NCBI RefSeq assembly: GCF_018350175.1
Contig: NC_058368.1
Location: forward strand, 97,218,001-97,282,000
Source: Felis catus
Taxonomy: Eukaryota
Length of the DNA: 64,000 bases
Direction: 5' to 3'
Shown: positions 13,346 through 25,473 of the stretch, in pieces
How the letters are laid out: the number at the start of each line of letters is the position of its first letter
Position numbering within the stretch: the first letter of the stretch is position 1
Program-made: the position numbers and the translations under genes
Notes under the pieces: generated by a model
Told to the model about the DNA's origin: nothing
Seen by the model: only the letters and a program-made list of their open reading frames with translations
Database searches by the model: none

Positions 13346-13966
13346 AAAACAAAACTAAAATTACCTGTGATCTCCTAGATTTTGGGAAGCATTTCCACCC
13401 CTCCATCCTTATAACATTTGCATAGACAGATGATACATGTATGTATATATTTGCACACATACACCCATCTACATATATTTACATATGTACCGTGGTAAGC
13501 TAAGGGCTCTGGAATGTTTCATGTCAGCATGGTGGCATACCCAAAGATATCTCAGCTCAGCATCTAAAATAATTGACAAGTAACTTAAGTATTTCCAATA
13601 GTCTTCTGCTAAAAAAGGAAAAAACAAAATAGGAACATATTTAGCAGAAATTCTTAAAAACCCTCTTACCTCATTTGATTGATTGTCTCAGTGTCTCACC
13701 CCTACAATTCTCTCCCACCCCCAAAAAATTTATTCCCTTCAAAACTCACTCGGTTTTTTCAAACCAATAAACTTTCTTACTTGCTCTGTCTTCTTCTTGG
13801 TCCTTTTGCAGTGTGAATCTGGCTATTCCCCATCAGCATCAGCACCAATCAGCATCAACTTTCCCCACTAATCTGGAAGCAAAGTGAAGGAAGTGAACAT
13901 GTCTTTTCTTCTTTCCAACAGGGCCCCAGTACCAAGCACAATGTGTTTAAAACATTTGTTGATCAA

Positions 13967-13972
<6 letters not shown>

Positions 13973-14002
<30 letters not shown>
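13973..14002. repeat. (CA)n microsatellite
   Basis: Direct reading. Confidence 0.9.
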
Positions 14003-14005
<3 letters not shown>

Positions 14006-14799
14006 TTTTAACAGAATTGAATCAATCCTCATATACCTTTGAATCACTTGCATTTTACATTGGGACCAATTTCCCAATCATAACAATTTCTTCCTGCAGA
14101 CCCTTGTTACTGGTTGCCTAATATTCCATTACACAACTGCTCCATAATTTCATCATTTCCCAATTTGGATGTTTCCCTTTTCTCTGCATAAATAATGCAT
14201 CAGTAAACATCTTTGCACAAAATCACCTCTGATTATTCCTTTAGAATGATTTTCAGCAAGTGGAATCATTGGACTTGAACATGAACTTCTTAAGGTCTCA
14301 GCACAGACTTCCAAACTGCTTCACAAAACAATCGCAATTTCAATTCCACAGCACAGTGTATTGGGGTTTTTTGTTTTTATCTTTTCAAAATTGAAATTTA
14401 AAAAACAATATATTTCTTTTGGCTATATTAATACCTTCAGTAAGACTGACTTGACCTGGGAGACAATATGCGTTAAATCTTATATGTCACACAAAATTTC
14501 CTAGGTGACCCCATGTCCTCTATTTCCAAGTTGATGCCTCACATGTTTTTGGTAACAAGGTGAAGTATAAATGAATATAGTCTCACTAAGTTCTAGAGGA
14601 GCACTGCTCTCTAGAGGAGCAGCACTCACTGCTGCTCCCAGGGGAAATAACTGAAGACAACCCCATGTACAATAAGAAAATGTAAGAAAAGCCCTGGAGA
14701 GGACATGGAAGGCTTTTTAGAGGAGAAAAGTGATCAAAAGCTTTGAACAAAAGTTCTTCAACAGTTAGACAATGATGATAAGTGCACATGCAGGACTGC

Positions 14800-15430
14800 T
14801 ACATTAGTGGCCCCCAACACACCACACATCATGGTATGCAGACCCTGTACAGTCCTTTCCCATGCTGACTCTGAGCTGGGCCATGTGACCTGCTTGGGCC
14901 AAGGGAATATCAGCAAATAGGACACCGGGGAGGCTCTCCAGGCACCTGCCCATTAGGACTTGCCCACCCTCACACAAGAAGTTCAAATGAAACATCACAA
15001 ACAGAGGGGCGCCTGGGTGGCTCAGTCAGTTAAGAGTCCTCTTAATCTCCACTCAGGTCATGATCTTGTGGTTCATAAGTTCAAGCCCCACATCAGGCTC
15101 TGCAGTGACAGCACAGAGCCTGATTACGATTCTTTCTCCCTCTCCCTCTGCCCCTCCCCTGTTTGTGTACACACTCTCTAAATAAATAAACTCAAAAAAA
15201 AAAAAAAAAGATCACAAAGAGAGAGATCAGTGATCCCAACTAATCCAACTAAGGCCCCAGACACATGCGTAAGGCAATAGTGGAGCCCCTAACCCCAGTC
15301 AAGTTGCCAAACGACCACAGTCACAGGTAAAACATAAGTAAGACCAACAGAAAAACCGTGCAGATAAATCAGTGTTGCCTTCATCCATCAATCTAGGGAA
15401 TGTGTTACACAGCAACTGACAACTGGTCCA
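14800..15430 (+). mobile_element. MLT1-type solo LTR interrupted by a SINE
   Basis: 'gactctgagctgggccatgtgacctgcttgggccaaggg' and the end 'gtgttacacagcaactgacaactg'. Confidence 0.65.
15006..15209 (+). mobile_element. Can-SINE inside the MLT1 LTR
   Basis: TSD atcacaaa(c/g)aga. Confidence 0.95.
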
Positions 15431-18186
15431 GCACATTCTAGGCATAAAAAACAGCATTCCTTCAACATTTACTGAGCACTTAGAGTAGTATCCTACGGCC
15501 CTAAAGGAGAGATTCATGTGTTAATTGAAAAACAAAAGCAAAAACAAAAACAAAAACAAAACAAACACAAAACCTATACAGTGTGACAATGGCTGTAATA
15601 TTTGATAGGTGGAGGCACAAAGGAAGGGGTTCTCTACTCTACTTTGGTTAGTCAGAAATTTCACATGAACTCTGCCTTAAAAAACACGACCAGGCAGACT
15701 ATGAAGAAAAAGATTCTACAGGCTGGAGGAAACAACGATGGTGTACAGATGAGAAACAAAAGAGGATGTTCAGGAACCTGCACATGATTTTCTCCAATAC
15801 AAGGGCAAGCAAGAGAAAAGCAGAATTAAAGTTCTTCAGACTCTGACAAGGACTACATAAATTCTCAGTATCTCCATTTTACAGACATGATGTGGGAAAG
15901 TAAGGATAGAAGTGAGTATGCTCTTAAGCTTACACCACTCTGCCTTCCTAGAATGTCCATGTATTTGGATCTAAACGCATCCTGGTTTATAAATGTCATA
16001 TTTCAGCTTGACCTTAGAGGTAAAGTATCCAGGTGGGGAGCAGTATGCTGCAGTATTGGAACACATCCCTCTTTGGACACCTTTTTCGGCAACTAGTTCA
16101 TTCCAAAGGATTCATCATTCTGTGTCTTACCATATAATTCAGCTAGATCTTAGAAACATTTTCTTAAAGTTATCAATAGGAATAAGATATGACTTAACCC
16201 AACAAACAAATTTTTAGATGATCTGAGGAATGGATATAGGGATCTGAGTGAAAGCCAACAAGTAACATAAAACCAGCAGCATATTTTCTGTGAATGTACT
16301 AATTGTTTATACTAATTAACGGATTGCAAACCACCAAACAAGCCACTAAATTTTTTGATATGAAGAAATAGAGTGGAGAATGAAACAGCACCAGCTAATC
16401 CTTAGCTGGCAAGAGTAATTTATTTATCGAGTCACTAAATTCCATTTTCACATAAAGGCAGGATTTTACATTGGTGAGAATATCATATAAAAAATGAAAG
16501 AACAAAGTCAAGATGAAATCAAATCTTAATTTGTAAATAACCTATACTGGTGTTGGCCATCCAACAATTTGTTGGGTGTAGAAAAGAGAGAGCTATAACT
16601 TGTAATTTGGTCTTGGAAAATGGACTAGGCAGCAAGCTCCAGACCCAGTCCTCCACATCAACACAGATCGTGAACCCTGGCTGCAGAATAGAAGAAGCCC
16701 CCCTTAACCTCATCAGCTGTTGATATTTACAGAGGAGTCTCCCTTGCACTCCAGATAAGGAATGACAGCCCATGCCACAAAATTAGTGAGGGTCAATAGA
16801 ACAAGAGTCAGCAGTTAATCGATTGCAGAAGGAAAGCTTCAGTGAAAGGAGCCAGACCCCTGTTTTCTCAGGATAATCAAATGCCTGACTCATGTAGACT
16901 CATAAAATTGACTTGTTTTTTCTTGGTCTAATTGACTGATGCCTGGGTATTATATAAACCTTAGGTGTCCTCCAGATAAGAGTTAATACTATACTACTAA
17001 AGCCAGACATCTAATTACTTTCGTTCCACATGAAAAAGAGCCCAGTGAAATGGACGGATGCCTTTTCCACCAACACAAGCCTTTGCTGTGAAAGTGTCAA
17101 GGGGCTCTGGGTAAGCTCCACTGAGGAACACCTTCTGTAAGTCACGTGGGTCAGATAAACTTGCAGCTATAAACAGTAAAGATGAAGTTATAACCACAAA
17201 ATACACTAAACATATAACTGTTATTCTGAATTCTGTTTTGTTTATTCCAAACTGACTCCAGTATTTTATAACTTTAGATCTGAGTTTAAATCATAGAATA
17301 TTAGACTTAGGAAGGACTTGAGAACTTTTCTAGACTAATAAATCACCCCAAAGAGAAACCTCACGTACACTATCCCTGGAGATTGGGCATAATGCATGAT
17401 GAAAGGAAAAAGGCAAAAAGCAAATTATTAAAGTAAAAAATAAAACCTCAAAGCAGCATATTTCATATTTGAATAGCTCTAAGTGTAAGAAAATTCTCCC
17501 ATAAATTGGGGCTGAATATGATTCTTGAAGTTTCCACCCAATGACACTTTTAGAAATTCGTGTGATTAATCCCACACATTTGTTTTTGTGTGCAAACAAA
17601 GCCATATAACTGTACTTTGTTATGTTTTGCTCTAGCAAAATTTTTAGCACTTCTGATTTAATTTCTATCTTTATACACAAATATTTTTCAAAACTTTCAC
17701 TATATATCCTTAAAATGAGTAGTTTCTATATGTGTTTTGTCTAATACCTCCATTAGTAACTGTCTTTAAGCATACCTTCACAACTTGAAAAATTATAAAT
17801 TATACACATGTATAGTTTTTGCCACTGTACAAGACCTATGTTAATGTCAACTTTTAATAAGATCATTTAGAAAAAATAAAGAGTGCTATACCACACAATA
17901 AACATTGCCACTCTATGTAGCTAAATGACTCCCCTCATGCCTCATCCCAAGCTACACATTCTAGCAAAAGAAAATACTTTCTAGAAAGTATTGTGTGGTT
18001 GGGTGAGGCACTGTACTGGGGATGATTAAGTTAAATTCTATATACAAAAAGGGGAGACTTTTTGTATATAGACTCCATACCCTTGACTTTACTCAGCTAC
18101 TGGAATACTAGACATCAAGATCCAACCATGCATGAAACTGGAGGTTCCTGTGAAGAAACAGAACTGCTCGAAGAAAAGGTACAGGA

Positions 18187-18395
18187 GGGGTGCCTGGATG
18201 GTTCAGTCGGTTGAGCATCTGATTCTTCATCTGTGCTCAGGTCATGATGTCACAGTTCCCTGGGATTGAGCCCCCCATCTTGCTCTGTACTCACAGCGGG
18301 GAGCCTGCTTAGGACTCTCTCTCTCCCTCTCTCTGCCTCTCCCTCACTTGCTTTCTCTCAAAATAAAAATAAATAAGCTTTAAAGAAAAAAAAAA
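18187..18395 (+). mobile_element. Can-SINE (older)
   Basis: Diverged head, CT region, A tail. Confidence 0.9.
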
Positions 18396-18817
18396 TGGAA
18401 TAGGTACACTGTTTGGCAATTCCAGAGTGAAAAAACCTGCCCATTGCCTTATTATCCCATTATGAAGCTCACCAGCAGATTGATTAAACCTCAATCATAC
18501 ACACAGAAATTTCATTAAGCTTGTTAGTATCTCATTCCTGACTATAAACAAAGAACAAAAACCATCAGAAATTTCAGAAAGATCTCAGACAAGAAAAACA
18601 GAGATCAAACCTAACAGAAAAACAAGGCACTCAGAATGAACACAACACAGGTTAAAATATAAATAAATAAAAGGCAAACAACAACAAAAGGTAAACAGTA
18701 ATCAGAGTTTAAGAGAATGTATCATACCCTTGAAACAAAAATAATAAGTTATAATCAAAGAATATAAACAGAAAAAAATATCTTGGAGATTAAAAGGTTA
18801 ACTAAAATATAGTTCCT

Positions 18818-19035
18818 GGGGCACCTGGGTGGCTCAGTCGGTTAAGCGTCCAACTTGGGCTCAGGTCATGATATCACATTCCGTGAGTTCGAGCCCCACA
18901 TCAGGTTCTGTGCTGACAGCTCAGAGCCTGGAGCCTGCTTCGGATTCTGTGTCTCCCTCTCTCTCTGCCCCTCCCCTGCTCACGCTCTATCTCTCTCTCT
19001 CCCCAAAATAAATAAACATTTAAAAAATGAAAAAA
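18818..19035 (+). mobile_element. Can-SINE
   Basis: Full-length; flanks aaatatagttcc/aaataaattcc. Confidence 0.95.
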
Positions 19036-19063
19036 ATAAATTCCATACAAGGAGTGGGGAGGA

Positions 19064-19223
19064 GGGCACCTAGGTGGCTCAGTCACTGAAGTGTCCAACT
19101 TCAGCTCAAGTCATGATCTCACAGGTTCATGAGTTCAAGCCCCACATCACACTATCTGCTCTCAGCACACAGCCTGCTTCAGATACTCAGCGCCCCCCCT
19201 CTGCCCCTCCCCTAGTTGTGTGC

Positions 19224-19268
<45 letters not shown>

Positions 19269-19283
19269 AAAAAAAAAAAAAAA
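19064..19283 (+). mobile_element. Can-SINE
   Basis: Head, (CT)n, poly(A). Confidence 0.92.
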
Positions 19284-19790
19284 TGAAACAGTAATCAGAG
19301 TTTAAGGGAATATATTACATCCATGAAACAAGAATAGTATGCTATAAGCAAAGAATATTAAGTGAGAAAGAAAGATATCTTGAAGACAAAAATGTTAGCC
19401 AAAAAATAGTTCCATACAGGACTATAAGAAAAAGGTGACAAAATACACCAGAAAGTAGAATTTAAAAATAAAGAGATGGAAAAAAGGGGGAAAAATAGAA
19501 AATTAAAATAATATAGAAGTTCCCATATCTAATGAATAAGAGTTCCAAAAACAGAGAATAAAGAGAGAGAACTAAAACAAAAATGATACAAGAAAAAAAG
19601 TCTTCAAAACTGAAGGATACGAGTGTCTACAAAAAGGCATATCATCCTGAAATCTCAGATCCCTGGAGGGAAAAGGAACATTTATAAAAGTTTCCAGAAG
19701 AAAAACAAAGGGTCAGAAATCAACATGGCATTAGCTTTCCTGATAGGAACTCAGGAAGTTACAAGTGGATGAAACAATTCCTTAATGAGG

Positions 19791-19800
19791 AAAAAAAAAA

Positions 19801-19853
<53 letters not shown>
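19791..19853. repeat. Compound A/(AT)n/(AC)n microsatellite
   Basis: Direct reading. Confidence 0.9.
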
Positions 19854-19854
<1 letters not shown>

Positions 19855-20420
19855 TTCTTAACCACAGTAGTATACTCATCAAAACTATCACTCACATTTT
19901 CAGACATGCAAGTTCCTGAAAAGCTTTTCGCCCCCCGTGCCTTCCATCAGGAAGCAATTGGAGAAGGGGACCCACCAAAATGAGAGACAAAAGTCAGAAA
20001 AAGGAAGGTCTAAGATATAGCAACAAAAAGAGGCAAAGGTAATTCCAGGATAAGATGAAGGGCAGGCAGCAGATCTAGAAAACAATCCACTGCCACAATA
20101 ATCTAAACAGTGACTATCACACAAAACGTTTACATATAATCATACTGGGACAATGGAAGGAAGGCAAGAGCATGAGTAAGCAGAATGCGAAATTCTTGTC
20201 TTTCATAGTAGAAGTCAACAGATAACATCTACAGGTGAAAAACAGAAAGAGCAGTCTGGGCTCACCATTCAGAGATAAGGAAGTAAATGGCAAAGGAAAC
20301 AGCCCCTGGAGAAAAGGAATGAGAGTGGCAACGGGTGTAACTTGAAAACACTATGTTTCTATCAGAAACTTTTTAATTTTTAAGTTTTATGTATTTCATT
20401 CACATAAAAAGTAAGTTACA

Positions 20421-20645
20421 GGGGTGCCTGGGTGGCTCTGTTGGTTGAGCATTTGACTTCGGCTCAGGTCATGATCTCACAGTTTGTGGTTCAAGCACCA
20501 CATCAGGCTCTGTGCTGACAGCTCAAAGCCTGGAGCCTGCTTCGGATTCTGTGTCTACCTATCTCTCTCTCTGCCCTTTCCCTGCTCATGCTCTGTATCT
20601 CTCTCTCTCTCTCAAAAATAAACAAATATTTTTTAAAAAATTAAA
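20421..20645 (+). mobile_element. Can-SINE
   Basis: Full-length; TSD taagttaca. Confidence 0.95.
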
Positions 20646-21015
20646 AAAATAAGTTACAGAGGAAATTAATTATTCTAATATTTTCTTCCTGGAAGTAAGA
20701 TTATGGACTTTGCGTATGCACAGTCCCCTTGGAGACCATCATTTTGTACAATAAGACAAACGATCTTATTTCAATAGCAAAATTCCTAAGAGCTCTGCAA
20801 GTGAGGAAACACAGAATAATGTAGAATTCGGAGAGAACCCTCCAGCCTATCTCAATCCATAAATGACATTTCAGATAGAACCAGAAGGTCTGCCTAGACT
20901 AAATCAGTTCTAGGCATCCAGAAACCCACTTTCATTTCCCCATACAAAGCAATCATTCTGATTCCAAAGTGCTCGGAAAAACCACTCAGAACACAAGTTA
21001 AAAATGTATTTTCCA

Positions 21016-21685
21016 CTGATGCATAGGGGCACTTGTACCTCAATGTTTATAGCAGCACTCTCAACAATAGCCAAATTATGGAAAGAGCCTAAATGTCCAT
21101 CAACTGATAAATGGATAAAGAAATTGTGGTTTATATACACAATGGAGTACTACGTGGCAATGAGAAAGAACGAAATATGGCCCTTTGTAGCAACGTGGAT
21201 GGAACTGGAGAGTGTGATGCTAAGTGAAATAAGCCATACAGAGAAAGACAGATACCATATGGTCTCACTCTTATGTGGATCCTGAGAAACTTAACAGAAA
21301 CCCATGGGGGAGGGGAAGGAAAAAAAAAAAAGAGGTTAGAGTGGGAGAGAGCCAAAGCATAAGAGACTCTTAAAAACTGAGAACAAACTGAGGGTTGATG
21401 AGGAGTGGGAGGGAGGGGAGGGTGGGTGATGGGTATTGAGGAGGGCACCTTTTGGGACGAACACTGGGTGTGTATGGAAACCAATTTGACAATAAATTTC
21501 ATATATTGAAAAAAAAATAAAAATTAAAACATAAAAATAAGCAAAAGATTTGAACCAGATACCTTACCAAAGACAACATAAATGTGGCAAATAGCATATG
21601 AAAAGATGTTCAATGTTATACAATTTTGGTGAAATGCAAATTAAAATAATAAAATATTACATTATATTATCTATTAGAAAAAGAA
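21016..21685 (+). mobile_element. Young 5'-truncated L1 (ORF2 end + 3' UTR + A tail to ~21540) with ~140 nt extra 3' sequence inside the TSD
   Basis: Intact ORF2 C-terminus (MFIAALSTIAKLWKEPKCPS...EISHTEKDRYHMVSLLCGS*); flanked by aaaaa(t/c)gtattttcca at 21000-21015 and 21686-21701. Confidence 0.9.
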
Positions 21686-21701
21686 AAAAACGTATTTTCC
21701 A

Positions 21702-21880
21702 GGGGCGCCTGGGTGGCTCAGTCGGTTGAGTATCCAGCTTCAGCTCACGTCATGCTCTCACAGTTCATGACTTCGAGCCCTGCACGGGGCTCTGTGCTGA
21801 CAACTCAGGGCCTGCTTTGGATTCTGTGTCTCCCTCTGTCTGCCCCTGCCCCCACTCTCTCTCTTAAAAACAAACATTAA
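21702..21880 (+). mobile_element. Can-SINE (shortened)
   Basis: ggggcgcctgggtggctcag head, short tail. Confidence 0.92.
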
Positions 21881-22056
21881 AAAAATGTAGACTCCAGAGT
21901 CCGCATGGCTCTGTGGATTTCTGATTAGTACAAAGTATGACATCAGGACAGGGAAATCTGCATTTTGACAACTGCCACAAGTGACTTTATATCATTGGTG
22001 CCCAGATTTTGAGAAGGAACCTCAAGGTGTTCTTCCTGAGTCCCATGCTTTAAGGG

Positions 22057-22402
22057 TAGGGGTTGGCACACCTTTTCTGTGCAGTGCCAGGTGGTTAGTA
22101 TTTTAGGCTTCACCAACCATTCAGTCTCTACTGTGAGCGTACTCATCTCCACGGTCGTAGCACAAAAGCAGGCACAGACAGTATGTAAATGAATGAATGT
22201 GGCTATGTGCCAATAAAAAAAGTGGTTGTCAACACTGAAATTTGGATTTTATACGATTGTGACATGTTACTGAATATTCTTCCTCTTTTGAGTTTTTTCC
22301 CCAACCACTTAAAATGTAAAAACCATTCCTTAATTCCAGGGCCTTACAGAACCAGGTGGGAGGCCTGGTGGGGCCCTTGAGCAGTAGTTTTACTGGCCTC
22401 TG
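22057..22402 (+). mobile_element. MER58B-like hAT-Charlie element
   Basis: MER58 5' arm plus the B-type segment 'cactgaaatttggatttt...aaccacttaaaatgtaaaaaccattcctta'. Confidence 0.75.
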
Positions 22403-22700
22403 CTCTCGGGCACTCCACAACCGCTGAGTGAGCAGAAGTTCTCGAGAGGAGTGCACCGGGAGAAGGAAGCTCCAGAAACCAGCATTCGAAAAGTTCTGTG
22501 ATTTGACATCAATCGTAAAAGCCCTATTACAAACAAAGCAGGCTGAGCAAAACAGGCACTGCCTCCCCTCCACATGTATTCTATTAGGCACAATGACTGA
22601 CGACTTCCTCTCATTGCCTATAGTCTTACCCCATTCTTTTGGGACTTGCTTTGATGATGATATTCATCTGATTGCACCCAAATAAAAATACCAGGTGGGA

Positions 22701-23119
22701 GGAGCGTCTGGGTGGCTCAGTGGGTTGAGTGTCCGACTTCGGCTCAGGTCATGATCTCATGGCTCGTGAGTACCAGCCCCACATCCGATTCTGTGCCTCC
22801 CTCTCTCTCTGCCCCTAACCCACTTCCACTTGCATTCTGTCTCTGTCTCTCTCAAAAATAAATAAACATTGGGGCACCTGGGTGGCTCAGTTGGTTGAGC
22901 GTCCAACTTCGGCTCAGGTCATGATCTCATAGTCTGTGAGTTCGAGCCCCAAGTCAGGCTCTGTGCTGACAGCTCAGAGCCTGGAGCCTGCTTCAGATTC
23001 TGTGTCTCCCTCTCTCTCTGCCCCTCCCCCGCTCATGCTCTGTCTCTGTCAAAAATAAAAATAAAAAAAATTTTTTTAAATAAACATTAAAAAAACAATT
23101 TTTTGTAACAAAATTAAAA
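22701..23119 (+). mobile_element. Nested Can-SINE pair (inner copy 22871-23077 inserted in the tail of the outer copy)
   Basis: Outer TSD aaaaataccaggtggga (22684-22700/23120-23136); inner TSD aaataaacatt (22860-22870/23078-23088). Confidence 0.92.
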
Positions 23120-23239
23120 AAAAATACCAGGTGGGAAAGGGGAAGTATGTAGCGTGGCTTCCTCAAAGTCTCCTTTCCTTCTCTGATCAGGACTCCTTTC
23201 AGAAAAATCAGGCTTCCACAGGGCTTTTAAATTGGGTTG

Positions 23240-23479
23240 TTTTTTTTTTTTTTTTGAGAGAGAAAGCAAGGGCACAAGTGAGCGAGGTGCAGAGAGAGAA
23301 AATCCCACAAGGGGCAGAAAGAGAGAGAGAGAGAGAAGGAAGCAGGGCTCACCCAATGTGGGGCTACTGATCACCGGAAGTGGGGCTTGGGCTCACCCAA
23401 CTGGGACCTGAACTCACAAACCGTGAGATGATGACCTGAGCTGGCCAGATGCTTAACAACTGAGCCACCCAAGCACCCC
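23240..23479 (-). mobile_element. Can-SINE variant
   Basis: T tail, GA-rich region, ends tgagccacccaagcacccc. Confidence 0.88.
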
Positions 23480-23651
23480 TTGTCTTCTTAATCATACAAA
23501 ATTTTTGGTTACATAAGTCAGAGTTTTGGGCATCCACTAACACAGTTTAAATTGTAAATTTCTCTGAATTATTAAAGACCATCCCACTGAACCAGAACCT
23601 TAGCATCTAAATAAATCACTTATTGTTCTTGTCATTCATTTAATAGTATTT

Positions 23652-24058
23652 GGGGCATGTGGGTGGCTCAGTCGGTTGAGCATCCACTCTTGATTTCCAC
23701 CCAGGGTCATGGGATCAAGCCCCTCATCAGGCTTCACACTGAGCATGGAGCCTACTTAAGATTCTCTCTCTCTCTTAGGGTGCCTGGGTGGCTCAGTCAG
23801 TTAAGCATCTGACTCTTGGTTTCAGCTCAGGTCATGATCTCACTGTTTTATGAGTTCGAGCCCCACATGGCGGGGGGGGGGGGGGGGGCACAGAGAGCCT
23901 GCTTGGGATTCTCTCTCCTTCTCTCTCTGTCCTTCCCCCACTCATGCTGTCTCTGTCCTTCTCAAATAAATAAACTTAAAACAAAAATTCAATCTCTCCC
24001 TGTGCCCCTCTCCCTCCAACCTCATGCTCTCTCTCTAAAATAAATAAATAAATAAATA
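23652..24058 (+). mobile_element. Nested Can-SINE pair (inner copy ~23778-23984 in the CT region of the outer copy)
   Basis: The outer body breaks at 'aagattctctctct' and resumes at 'ccctgtgcccctc' after the inner tail. Confidence 0.88.
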
Positions 24059-24153
24059 GAAGAAGAATATTTACAGTGTGACAATAGAGGATGCATGGGT
24101 TAATGAGATTACATCATTACACCAGAAGCTGGTTTAGAAAACGGGTACTTATT

Positions 24154-24379
24154 GGGGTGCCTGGGTGGTTCAGTCAGTTAAATGTCTGACTTCAGCTCAG
24201 GTCATGATCTCACAGTCAGTGGGTTCGAGCCCCGTGTCAGGCTCTAAGCTGACAGTTCAGAAACTGGAGCCTGCTTCAGATTCTGTGTGTGTGTCTCTCT
24301 CTCCGCCTCTGCCCTGCTCATGCTCTGTCTCTCTTTCTCTCTCTCTCAAAAAATAAATAAACATTAAAAAAAGAAAAAA
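24154..24379 (+). mobile_element. Can-SINE
   Basis: Full-length; degenerate TSD agaaaa..g.gt.cttat. Confidence 0.95.
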
Positions 24380-24519
24380 GAAAATGTGTCCTTATAATAG
24401 AATATGGGCTCATAACCATAATGATTTCTATATCAGTTATAGGGTTTCAAAAGCATTCCTTTGACCAAAACATTAGATGATTCACCTCTCAGGCTTCAGG
24501 GTTCCATTAAGATGATGTA

Positions 24520-24522
24520 GCG

Positions 24523-24572
<50 letters not shown>
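24520..24572. repeat. G(CG)5(CA)21 alternating purine-pyrimidine tract
   Basis: Direct reading. Confidence 0.95.
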
Positions 24573-24574
<2 letters not shown>

Positions 24575-25420
24575 GATCTAGCACCTAGAAGGTTTCCTCT
24601 GTTTCATTATTATTTCCCTTTAAGCAACCACATTTAGATGAACAACGATCTCAATTAAACATCAGCTTTTAAACATTCTAACCAACTCTCGAACCCCCTT
24701 AACATTTAGTATAAAATACAAGGACCATGGTGACACATTGTATTACACTATTTATCATTCATGTGTTGTCATTATTTTAGATCGTTTTGTAACTAACCAA
24801 ATAAGCTCATCAGTACATTTTTATATCTTCAAATGGGGGGGGGGGGGTTTGCAAAAATATAATCCTATAAAACTATTTTATAAAGTCTGCATATTTAAGA
24901 GCTCAACTTCTATCCCTTTGAGATCATCATGAATGACAAGTGATTCTAAAACATAGTGCAACTTAACGGTTTGGTAGAAGTTGCAACCAAAAAGGAAATG
25001 GGTACTTCTGTGCAGTGTTTGCAGACTTCTCTGAAATAAACAGATAGCCTTGGAAATGAAAGCTCTACAATCTGTCAGCAGCTCTGCCCTGCTTGCCTGT
25101 TAGACGCTACTTCAAATTTAGATAAACAGTTTCAAAAAGTCAACGAAACTGTTACTTGGCCCATCTTTTGAGTGATTCTTACTGATCTGATCAATTAACT
25201 CTACCTCGAAATTCCATGAAAGACTAAAAAAATTTAAAAAAGAAAAAAGAAAAGAACAGAAAAGAACAAATGGAAATGTCAGCAGCAGCCAGGACAGCAG
25301 ATGTGCAGAAAAGGAGACGGGAGAAGGCTTTTGGCATTTCAACTATACTCAGCTACAACTCACAGGCAACAGGAGTTATTTCCAATTCAGTCTGAATTCT
25401 TCTCTGAAATCCTTCACACT

Positions 25421-25423
<3 letters not shown>

Positions 25424-25471
<48 letters not shown>
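25424..25471. repeat. (CA)n microsatellite
   Basis: Direct reading. Confidence 0.9.

Positions 25472-25473
<2 letters not shown>

Larger units (their letters stand above)
18430..20410 (+). mobile_element. Old A-rich L1 ORF1/HAL1-like relic interrupted by SINEs
   Basis: Strong A/purine skew and motifs such as 'ataagagttccaaaaacagagaa' and 'agaaatcaacatggcattagctttc' resembling decayed L1 ORF1. Confidence 0.5.

Noticed and set aside
14592..14621. 12-bp direct repeat tctagaggagca overlapping a short palindrome gagcactgctc
   Set aside because: Consistent with a simple local slippage duplication; no supporting context.
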